Virus record (IMG/VR): IMGVR_UViG_3300045988_082204
Direction: 5' to 3' (one strand)
DNA length: 44,485 nt
DNA from: a virus
Made by a program: the position numbers and the translations under genes
Notes under the pieces: model-generated
Databases searched by the model: none
Seen by the model: only the letters and a program-made list of their open reading frames with translations
What the model was told of the DNA's origin: nothing
Shown here: positions 1 through 6,927 of the stretch, piece after piece
Numbering within the stretch: position 1 is the first letter of the stretch
Layout of the letters: the number at the start of each line of letters is the position of its first letter

Positions 1-55
1 CAACAGCTCCGTCGTGGCGAGGGGCAACAGCTCCGTCGTGGCGAGGGGCAACAGC
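1..55 (+). repeat. 55-nt terminal overlap, identical to 44431..44485 (circularisation signature)
   Basis: Direct comparison of the first and last 55 nt. The overlap is itself about 2.3 copies of the 24-nt unit caacagctccgtcgtggcgagggg. Confidence 0.95.
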
Positions 56-538
56 CAAATCGTAGACGCTGCACGAAATAATAACATCGAAATCAGCGGC
101 AATGCCCGTATAGTTTATAATCCATCAAACATTGATGAATATATAGATTTTTACGGGCTGGACGCGACTGACACAACGGTCAAGCTGTACAAGGCTGTGC
201 ATTTCTGCGGGAGTGTATACTGCTCAGACTACAACCACGAATTTATCTACCCCATAGGCGACGTTGTTACACCCGATAACGGTTTCGCCGAAAGTGTGCA
301 AATCGAATGCGGAGCCGGTATTCACCTTGCGTACAAGACGTGGGCTGTCGGCTACGGCGCATACTGGCCTGATCTTGCGATTTTGGAATGCGAATGCGAA
401 AAATCCGATGTGCTTGTACCGCTGTATGGCGACGGTAAAGTCCGGGCGCGCAAAGCAAAAGTGCTGCGTGAAGTACCGTTTGAAGAATGCGGATTGTACG
501 GCGAAATAATTGCGAAAAGAAGGGCAAACGATGAATAA
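2..538 (+). CDS. 3' part of the junction-spanning ORF (continues from 44288..44485): short-repeat protein of unknown function
   Basis: The frame of the 14..538 ORF is continuous with 44288..44485 once the overlap is collapsed. It carries GNSSVVAR/GNSQIV/GNARIV-type repeats, then a C-terminal module with an ECGAGIH motif. Confidence 0.6.
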   Translation, partial: NSSVVARGNSSVVARGNSQIVDAARNNNIEISGNARIVYNPSNIDEYIDFYGLDATDTTVKLYKAVHFCGSVYCSDYNHEFIYPIGDVVTPDNGFAESVQIECGAGIHLAYKTWAVGYGAYWPDLAILECECEKSDVLVPLYGDGKVRARKAKVLREVPFEECGLYGEIIAKRRANDE

Positions 539-1049
539 ATACACGATCATCATAGCGCAGGTGTGCGCGATTCTGCTGGCGCTGATAGTCATGGTACTGC
601 TTGCCCTTGATAAAGGGGGCAGCAAGGCCGGCGCGGACGGTGTACCGCCTGAGGTTGATACGAACGGATTGTGCGTAGTGGAAGTGGCAGAGCCGGAATA
701 TGAGATGTACTTTACCGAGGCCGACGTGATAGCCCTCGCACAAATGCTGTACGGCGAGGCGCGGGGCTGCACGGTAGACAATCAGATGAAATGCGTATGG
801 TGCGTACTTAACCGTGTGGATGATGCACGCTTTCCCGACAGTATAATCGGGGTGTTGAAACAACCGCACCAGTTTTACGGATACTCGGATAGCTTCCCAG
901 TTTGGGACGAACTGTCAGCAGTCGCAGAGGATGTGTTGCACCGCTGGTCGTTGGAAAAGCAGGGCGTTGCCGTCAACAGAGTGTTGCCGTCAAGTTATTT
1001 ATACTTCACCGGCACGGGGAAGGAAAATGTATTCAGGGAGAGGTTTTGA
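531..1049 (+). CDS. SleB/CwlJ-like cell-wall hydrolase with an N-terminal membrane anchor
   Basis: ATG 531 overlaps the upstream stop (ATGAATAA). A hydrophobic N-terminus (IIIAQVCAILLALIVMVLLAL) is followed by a LYGEARG...VLNRV...FPDS...QFYGY pattern typical of Hydrolase_2-type enzymes. Confidence 0.75.
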   Translation: MNKYTIIIAQVCAILLALIVMVLLALDKGGSKAGADGVPPEVDTNGLCVVEVAEPEYEMYFTEADVIALAQMLYGEARGCTVDNQMKCVWCVLNRVDDARFPDSIIGVLKQPHQFYGYSDSFPVWDELSAVAEDVLHRWSLEKQGVAVNRVLPSSYLYFTGTGKENVFRERF

Positions 1050-1051
1050 AA

Positions 1052-1651
1052 GTGAGACACCTTGGTGACATCACAAAAATCAATGGCGCCGAGATTGAGC
1101 CGGTGCATTGCGTCATCGGTGGTAGCCCTTGCCAGGATCTCAGTATCGCAGGAAAACGCGCAGGGCTGAACGGTGAGCGCTCTGGACTTTTTATGGAGCA
1201 AGTACGAATTGTTAAGGAGATGAGAGAAAAATATGGAACAGCTTACCCTCGATTTATGGTGTGGGAAAATGTCACCGGAGCATTCAGTAGCAACAAGGGA
1301 GCCGACTTCGCGGCGGTCCTCACGGAAATCATCCGCATCGTCGAGCCGGAAGCCTCCGATATTGAAGTGCCTGAAAAAGGATGGCCTACTTGGGGAGGAT
1401 ACCACGATGAGGTGGGAGGACGATGGAGCGTGGTATGGCGAACTCACGATGCGCAATACTGGGGAGTGCCCCAACGCCGTCGCCGTATCTCGGTTGTCGC
1501 AGATTTTGGAGGAGACGCCGCATCCGAAATACAATTTGACCGCAAAAGCGTGTCAGGGGATATTGCGGAGAGCGGAGCGCCGGGGGAAAGACTTGCCGGA
1601 AACGCTGAAAGCGGTGCTTCTTATGCAGTCCGCATCAGGGGGGGGCTGTGA
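1052..1651 (+). CDS. Cytosine-5 DNA methyltransferase, catalytic-core segment (motifs III-VIII only)
   Basis: GTG 1052 follows AGGGAGAGG. Motifs present: GDIT, GGSPCQDLS (catalytic Cys), ENV, QRRRR. There is no FxGxG motif at the N-terminus. The frame ends at TGA 1649-1651, right after a G8 run. Confidence 0.7.
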   Translation: MRHLGDITKINGAEIEPVHCVIGGSPCQDLSIAGKRAGLNGERSGLFMEQVRIVKEMREKYGTAYPRFMVWENVTGAFSSNKGADFAAVLTEIIRIVEPEASDIEVPEKGWPTWGGYHDEVGGRWSVVWRTHDAQYWGVPQRRRRISVVADFGGDAASEIQFDRKSVSGDIAESGAPGERLAGNAESGASYAVRIRGGL

Positions 1652-2474
1652 CGGAGGCGGCAAAGGAGCGTTAGTGCAGACGGAGAAAAGCGGAACGCTC
1701 GGCACGGAGAACGACCAGACGATTTTTTGCCTTGCAACACAGCAAGGCGGTGCAGAACTGCGGACAGATGACCGAGCGCCCACATTGACCGCAGCGGCTG
1801 GCATGAGCGGGAACAATCAGCCAGTAGTGGCTATCCCCACGGCATATAGCTTTGACAGTTTGTCCAGCAACAGCATGACCAGTAAAAACCAAGGCGGTAT
1901 TGCGGTGCTGTGCCTGAACAATCAGGGCGGGAATGTGATGGGCGTGAGCCATGATGTTTCCGGGACGCTGAGAGAACAGGAGCATGGACACCAGCCGTCC
2001 ATTCTGGATATGAGCCATGCTTGCGACATCATCCGAGACTGCGGCAAGGTAGCCCCCAGCCTGCAAGCAAAAGAAAGCGGAGGGCAAAGCCTGAACCTGA
2101 ATAATACGATACGGCAGAACATGGTGGTACGCCGATTGACACCGTTGGAATGTACCCGCTTGCAGGGTTACCCGGACGGATGGGTGGACATTGGCGACTG
2201 GACGGATGAGAAAGGCAAGAAACACAAGGATGCGGACAGCCCGAAGTACAAGGCACTGGGCAACTCCATCGCTCTGCCCTTCTGGAACTGGATGCTGCGG
2301 CGTATGGCGTGGCATCTGCCGAAGGGCGCAACGCTGGGGAGTTTGTTCGACGGCATCGGAGGGTTCTCACTGATTTGGGAACGCATACACGGTAGAGGCA
2401 CAGCACGGTGGGCAAGCGAGATCGAAGCATTTCCCATTGCCGTGACGAAGAAACATTTTTCGGAGGAAGAATGA
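1233..2474 (+). CDS. Cytosine-5 DNA methyltransferase, target-recognition/C-terminal segment with motifs IX, X, then I and II
   Basis: Frame-0 ORF with RRLTPLECTRLQGYPDGW (IX), ALGNSIALP (X), then LFDGIGGF (I) and WASEIE (II) at the extreme C-terminus. The first ~140 codons overlap the 1052..1651 frame. The true N-terminus is unresolved (own ATG or fusion at the G8 run). Confidence 0.7.
   Translation: MEQLTLDLWCGKMSPEHSVATREPTSRRSSRKSSASSSRKPPILKCLKKDGLLGEDTTMRWEDDGAWYGELTMRNTGECPNAVAVSRLSQILEETPHPKYNLTAKACQGILRRAERRGKDLPETLKAVLLMQSASGGGCDGGGKGALVQTEKSGTLGTENDQTIFCLATQQGGAELRTDDRAPTLTAAAGMSGNNQPVVAIPTAYSFDSLSSNSMTSKNQGGIAVLCLNNQGGNVMGVSHDVSGTLREQEHGHQPSILDMSHACDIIRDCGKVAPSLQAKESGGQSLNLNNTIRQNMVVRRLTPLECTRLQGYPDGWVDIGDWTDEKGKKHKDADSPKYKALGNSIALPFWNWMLRRMAWHLPKGATLGSLFDGIGGFSLIWERIHGRGTARWASEIEAFPIAVTKKHFSEEE
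1638..1645 (+). repeat. G8 homopolymer at the frame switch of the MTase locus
   Basis: Eight consecutive G end 3 nt before the frame-2 stop codon (TGA 1649-1651). Removing one G joins frame 2 to frame 0 (..VRIRGG-CDGGGKGALVQ..). Confidence 0.9.
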
Positions 2475-2575
2475 CATGATAGCGCATAGAAAAAAGCTCA
2501 GGTCAAAGGCCTTTCCCGGCATAGCAAAAGCGATGGCTGAACAGTGGGGATAACGACATTTTAAGGAGAAAAAAT

Positions 2576-2692
2576 ATGACTGATACTGATCTTTTAATCC
2601 AAAACCTAAGGCGCGAAAACGAACGAAAACGACTACGACAACGACTACGAGCTATGCGTTTCGTGCGCACACAAGCTGTGTGCGTGGCTTAG
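2576..2692 (+). CDS. Hypothetical 38-aa basic peptide
   Basis: ATG preceded by AAGGAGAAAAAAT. Reads MTDTDLLIQNLRRENERKRLRQRLRAMRFVRTQAVCVA. It is short and has no recognisable family. Confidence 0.3.
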   Translation: MTDTDLLIQNLRRENERKRLRQRLRAMRFVRTQAVCVA

Positions 2693-2709
2693 TGGAAAGG
2701 AGAGTGACC

Positions 2710-2997
2710 ATGGCTGAATATATTGAACGGGAAGTGGCAATTGATTACATAAAACAGAGCCAATGCAAGAAGTGCTCCGACATCGGATTATGCGGAAACT
2801 GTGCCGTGCTAACAGGGGTAAGGCTTTTTGAAGAAGTTCCTGCCGCCGATGTTGCGCCGGTGGTGCGCTGCAAGGACTGCGAGTACAGCTACGACGAAAT
2901 AAGTTATCTGTGCTGTTCGCACGGTGTTTGCGCCGATTGTGATGAAGTACCGCCGAATTTCTATTGCGCAGAAGGGAAAAGAAAGGAGCCTGACTAA
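2710..2997 (+). CDS. Hypothetical Cys-rich early protein
   Basis: ATG 2710 follows GGAAAGGAGAG. Several CxxC pairs (CKKCSDIGLCGNC, CKDCEY, CADCDE). Confidence 0.6.
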   Translation: MAEYIEREVAIDYIKQSQCKKCSDIGLCGNCAVLTGVRLFEEVPAADVAPVVRCKDCEYSYDEISYLCCSHGVCADCDEVPPNFYCAEGKRKEPD

Positions 2998-3284
2998 TGA
3001 CAGCGGCAGAAGCAAAAAAGATTATACATCCCGACACTACGGCAGAAGCGCTTGCAGAAATCAAAAGCCAGAACGCAAAAGTTGCCGTAGTTGATGAGGC
3101 TTGCTTAGTGGCATGCGCTGCAATCGAAAAGCAGATACCGAAAAAGCCGACGAACTTTGCAATAGACAATAACGGTTACACAATCTATGACTGCGAGTGC
3201 CCAAGCTGCAAACAATCGCATCGAGAGCTTTTTCCGTTTGCTTTTTGCATTCACTGTGGGCAAGCGCTTGAATGGGAAGAATAA
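2997..3284 (+). CDS. Hypothetical protein with a C-terminal zinc-ribbon-like motif
   Basis: ATG overlaps the upstream stop (TAATG). CECPSC...CIHCG pairs. Confidence 0.55.
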   Translation: MTAAEAKKIIHPDTTAEALAEIKSQNAKVAVVDEACLVACAAIEKQIPKKPTNFAIDNNGYTIYDCECPSCKQSHRELFPFAFCIHCGQALEWEE

Positions 3285-3302
3285 AAAGGAGGACTGACAA
3301 AA

Positions 3303-3857
3303 ATGGGAGCAAGACGAATTTCTAACGCGACGAACGAGAAGATAATTGCGCTTATGTCGATGGGCAAGACGGGCGAACAGGCGGCGTTTGCGGTCGGCAC
3401 GAGCGGGAGCTACTGCAACAAACTGTACACTGTGGTAAAGCGCATTGCCAATGAGCAATGGGACGAGTTAATAGAATATTCTCGGTGTGCGACAACCGGC
3501 GGGGTGATTAAATGGGCTTGCGAATACCTTGATACGCAACTGCCGCAGGAGGTCACGAAGACTATTAAGGCGGTACGGTATCGCAGCGCAACGCCCAAAG
3601 CGGCAGAAGCAGCACCGCAGCCCGAGCCGCCAGCAGAGCCGATTGACAACACGGCGGCGGCAATCATCAAACTGCTTGAAAAGCTCGATGAGGCAGTGAA
3701 CACCATAACCGAAGCTGCTGACGATATATGCCAAACGATATCGACGGCGCGGAAGCTCAACGAGGACTGCATAAACGCAAACTTCGATGTGCTGACGGCT
3801 ACACTCCGTGACGGCGTTGAAAGCGTTAAAACGACGATAAGAAAGGGACAAAAATGA
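3303..3857 (+). CDS. Hypothetical early protein (possible N-terminal HTH)
   Basis: 184-aa ORF after AAAAGGAGGACTGACAAAAATG. The central part is Pro/Ala-rich and the tail is helical. Confidence 0.6.
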   Translation: MGARRISNATNEKIIALMSMGKTGEQAAFAVGTSGSYCNKLYTVVKRIANEQWDELIEYSRCATTGGVIKWACEYLDTQLPQEVTKTIKAVRYRSATPKAAEAAPQPEPPAEPIDNTAAAIIKLLEKLDEAVNTITEAADDICQTISTARKLNEDCINANFDVLTATLRDGVESVKTTIRKGQK

Positions 3858-4072
3858 CACGCGGAGATTACATGCACAAGGCGCGATTGGATGCAGGGTT
3901 AAGCATCGTGCGGCTGGCCGAAATATCCGGCATAGCCCAAACCACGATAAGCCTGCTTGAACGCAAATCACTACGCGGCGGCTGGATAGATACTATAGAA
4001 ATCCTTGCCGATGCGCTCGGACTGAGTATCGACGAATACGTAGGCCATAAGGTGGTGACTAAGCATGGGTAA
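3854..4072 (+). CDS. XRE-family HTH protein
   Basis: ARLDAGLSIVRLAEISGIAQTTISLLERKS is a typical HTH_3 pattern. The start overlaps the upstream stop. Confidence 0.7.
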   Translation: MTRGDYMHKARLDAGLSIVRLAEISGIAQTTISLLERKSLRGGWIDTIEILADALGLSIDEYVGHKVVTKHG

Positions 4073-4388
4073 GCAATCGGCATTTGCAAAGGCCGTGCAG
4101 CGTGAAGTGAACATTCAGCTACAGCTTTACGGGCGTAACCGTATGCAGCTTGCAGAGGACGCGGCGTTTATGGCCGCTAATGAAGTGCTAGGCTTAGGTT
4201 CAGGCCGTGCACGGGCATTCGGCGAGGCGTTTGTAAGATACGCAAACGAGATCGCTGATTTGGTAGTAGAAGACAGCAAGGCCGACGACGAGATCGTATA
4301 TGCGAAAACCGTTCTTGACCGGCGTATCCGTGAAATAGTGGGCGATGATAATTTCACGCCATTTGATGAAAGGTATGGTAGGCGATAG
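4065..4388 (+). CDS. Hypothetical protein
   Basis: 107-aa ORF, tightly packed with its neighbours. Confidence 0.55.
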   Translation: MGKQSAFAKAVQREVNIQLQLYGRNRMQLAEDAAFMAANEVLGLGSGRARAFGEAFVRYANEIADLVVEDSKADDEIVYAKTVLDRRIREIVGDDNFTPFDERYGRR

Positions 4389-4390
4389 AT

Positions 4391-4843
4391 ATGAACAACA
4401 AAGTCATGTTTTCCAGCGCTAAGAACGACTGGGAAACCCCGCAGGCGCTATTCGACGAGCTTGATAGGGAATTTAACTTTACCCTTGACGCAGCCGCGAG
4501 CCCGACTAACGCAAAGTGCGCCAAATACTACACCGAAGAAAATAACGGCCTTGCGCAGAACTGGTGCGGTGAAACGGTATTCTGCAATCCACCTTACGGC
4601 AGCAAGGCAACAGGCGAATGGACGCGCAAGTGCTACGAAGAAGCACAGAAGCCGGGAACAGTGGTCGTGCTGCTTATACCGGCGCGGACGGATCGCGCCA
4701 GCTTCCACGACTACATATTAAACAAAGCGGAAATACGGTTTCTGCGCGGGCGGCTTAAATTTGAACAGGGCGGTAAGCCTTTAGATTGCGCACCATTCCC
4801 ATCAATGATCTGTATTTGGAGGTCAACATGGCAAAAAACGTAG
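4391..4843 (+). CDS. Phage Dam-type DNA N6-adenine methyltransferase
   Basis: WETPQALFDELDREFNFTLDAAAS ... FCNPPYG (NPPY catalytic motif). Size and pattern fit small phage N6-A MTases. Confidence 0.8.
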   Translation: MNNKVMFSSAKNDWETPQALFDELDREFNFTLDAAASPTNAKCAKYYTEENNGLAQNWCGETVFCNPPYGSKATGEWTRKCYEEAQKPGTVVVLLIPARTDRASFHDYILNKAEIRFLRGRLKFEQGGKPLDCAPFPSMICIWRSTWQKT

Positions 4844-5343
4844 GCTGGGAAGCCAAAAGCAACCACGACGGCAGCTACACGGTTACCGTTAACGGCAAAC
4901 AATATTATTGTGCAGATACGCATGAATTTCTGCACTTTTTAGAAGATATCGGCGAAAGGTGGGGGATAGTGAAATTCGGAAAGGATGAACGCCGCGAGTT
5001 TTCGACCGGCGCTGTAAGGGATAGTGTGACCGGCAAGGGCGACATGATATCCCTCCCGTGGGAAGCACTCCTGCGGCTGTCTAAGCACTATGAGCGCGGC
5101 GCGGCGCATTACGGGCGCTGGAATTACACGAAGGGTATTCCGATATCATCGTTTATCGACAGCGCTTGCAGGCACTTGGCAAAGTATCAGTGCGGACTTG
5201 ATGATGAGGATCATCTTGCCGCCGCTGCATTCAACGTGCTTGGCGCGATGCTTATGGAAAACACAAGGCCGGAAATGCAGGACTTGCCGTTAAGAAAGGG
5301 AAAGAAAACGTTCGAGTATTTTGAAACGGAGGTAGAAACATGA
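4828..5343 (+). CDS. DUF5664-like protein (all-alpha NTP pyrophosphohydrolase-related domain)
   Basis: ATG 4828 follows GGAGG. The C-terminal half reads LPWEALLRLSKHYERGAAHYGRWNYTKGIPISSFIDSACRHL...DEDHLAAAAFN, recalled as the DUF5664 pattern. Confidence 0.6.
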   Translation: MAKNVGWEAKSNHDGSYTVTVNGKQYYCADTHEFLHFLEDIGERWGIVKFGKDERREFSTGAVRDSVTGKGDMISLPWEALLRLSKHYERGAAHYGRWNYTKGIPISSFIDSACRHLAKYQCGLDDEDHLAAAAFNVLGAMLMENTRPEMQDLPLRKGKKTFEYFETEVET

Positions 5344-5630
5344 AAAGATTACTATACGCAATACGCCTATGGCTGTTAGATGTTCTCGGCGGTGTGCCAA
5401 AGCCGCATTATGATTATTTATATGGCCTGCTGCATAGCGAACGCAAAAAATTCGATGCACTGTGTCACGATTACAATGAAGAAATAGAAGATTACCGCAC
5501 AGCTGTCCAAGAAATCTGCCGCAGAAGCAATAACACATACTACGATTGGTGCTGCGATCAGTGCGCTTGCGACTGCGACAAACGCAACGGCTGGTGTAAC
5601 GATTTTGAACCTGTAAGCTATGGAAAGTGA
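5340..5630 (+). CDS. Hypothetical Cys-rich protein
   Basis: 96-aa ORF with a WCCDQCACDCDKRNGWC cluster. Confidence 0.5.
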   Translation: MKRLLYAIRLWLLDVLGGVPKPHYDYLYGLLHSERKKFDALCHDYNEEIEDYRTAVQEICRRSNNTYYDWCCDQCACDCDKRNGWCNDFEPVSYGK

Positions 5631-5832
5631 CTGTCGTAATTGCCCGGATAGAACGCCGTTTTGCCACGCGGAGTGCGATAGCTACAAAACCTATTGCGCA
5701 GATAACAAGGCCGATAAAGCGGCGAAAAAGGCGTATTTAGAAAAGCATAATGCACCGAACGGCGTATTGATCAACGGCTATATACGCCGAAAGAAAAAAA
5801 CAAGATTATTCAATGGAAAGAGGGTAAAGTGA
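5620..5832 (+). CDS. Hypothetical Cys-rich protein
   Basis: 70-aa ORF reading CRNCPDRTPFCHAECDSYKTYC, with a basic tail. Confidence 0.5.
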   Translation: MESDCRNCPDRTPFCHAECDSYKTYCADNKADKAAKKAYLEKHNAPNGVLINGYIRRKKKTRLFNGKRVK

Positions 5833-6098
5833 ATATGTATTCTATAGAACGGCCATTAGAGCCGCCTGATTTTCCTACCCCCGATTGCATATGCCAGGAA
5901 TGCGACGGCTGGTTTTACGGCGACGATTTAATGTACATTTCCAACGGTCGGCGTTTGTGCCCCGATTGCTTTAGAGAAGAAATCAACGATTTACCGACCG
6001 AAGAACTTGCCGAGCTTATCGGCGCAGAGGTTATAAACGCAGAGGACGCAAGGGAGGTGCATAAACCATATGGGAGAATGCGTTATTGTTTACGGTAA
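5829..6098 (+). CDS. Hypothetical zinc-ribbon-like protein
   Basis: CICQEC...CPDC pairs. The start could be GTG 5829 or ATG 5835. Confidence 0.5.
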   Translation: MNMYSIERPLEPPDFPTPDCICQECDGWFYGDDLMYISNGRRLCPDCFREEINDLPTEELAELIGAEVINAEDAREVHKPYGRMRYCLR

Positions 6099-6693
6099 AT
6101 CCGGCAGCGGAAAAAGCCGAAGCCTACTTAACTTCGGCGAGGACGAGATTTTTCTTGTTAACGTTATCGCAAAGCGCTTGCCGTTTCGAAAAAAATTTAA
6201 GTATACGATGGTCAGCGACAATCCTGTTAAGATTATGAACGGACTGAAAAAGATGCCGGTAAAAACGGCAGTCATCGACGATAGTGGTTATCTAATGACT
6301 AACGCTTTTATGCAAGGCCACTCGGCGCCGAAAAGCGGATCAAGCTCATTCGATCTGTATAACAGCATTGCCGATAGCTTTTGGGGGCTACTGATGTTCA
6401 TTAAAAACGAGCTGCCCGAAGATGTCATTGTATACATAGTCGTTCACGAAGACACAAGCGACTACGGCGAGACCAAAATACGCACAATTGGCAAACTGCT
6501 GAATGAAAAAGTATGCATTGAAGGCATGGCAACTGTCGTGCTGCGATGTGTAGTCCGCGACGGTAAGCATATGTTTATCACGCAGTCTGACGGCAGCGAT
6601 ATAAGCAAGTCGCCGGAGGGCATGTTTGAGCTTGAGATCGAGAACGATTTAAAATTCGTCGATCAAACAATCCGCGAGTACTGGGGGCTGTGA
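6070..6693 (+). CDS. Sak4-like / AAA_24-type P-loop ATPase (recombination accessory)
   Basis: Walker A VYGKSGSGKS and Walker B-like VIDDSG. It lies directly upstream of the DUF669-like gene, which is the usual pairing. Confidence 0.7.
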   Translation: MGECVIVYGKSGSGKSRSLLNFGEDEIFLVNVIAKRLPFRKKFKYTMVSDNPVKIMNGLKKMPVKTAVIDDSGYLMTNAFMQGHSAPKSGSSSFDLYNSIADSFWGLLMFIKNELPEDVIVYIVVHEDTSDYGETKIRTIGKLLNEKVCIEGMATVVLRCVVRDGKHMFITQSDGSDISKSPEGMFELEIENDLKFVDQTIREYWGL

Positions 6694-6694
6694 T

Positions 6695-6904
6695 ATGGCT
6701 AAGTTTGAAAACGGCGTACCCGGTTATGTAGAGGGTACGGCAACCGTCAAGGTATTTTTCCCGATAGACACGACCGGCAAAGCACACATCAACTGCCGAC
6801 AGTGCTATTTCTACAAATGCAATACTTACAGATGCATGCTTAATAACGAAGTGTGCGCCGAACCTGATAAATATGTGGGTGTCAGTTGCCCACTTGAATA
6901 TTGA
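6695..6904 (+). CDS. Hypothetical Cys-rich protein
   Basis: 69-aa ORF reading CRQCYFYKCNTYRC...C...C. Confidence 0.45.
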   Translation: MAKFENGVPGYVEGTATVKVFFPIDTTGKAHINCRQCYFYKCNTYRCMLNNEVCAEPDKYVGVSCPLEY

Positions 6905-6927
6905 AACAAGAAAGGAACAAGTAAACA

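Noticed and set aside
1-55. The terminal repeat as a biological direct terminal repeat (DTR) of the virion DNA.
   Set aside because: The 55-nt length is typical of an assembler k-mer overlap. It lies inside a gene that is only complete when the ends are joined. This cannot be excluded without read-end analysis.
1649-1651. Stop-codon reassignment (TGA read-through) as the explanation for the interrupted MTase.
   Set aside because: Frame 2 downstream of the TGA translates to non-protein-like Arg-rich sequence. All other genes terminate normally with standard stops. A frame change at the G8 tract explains the locus better.
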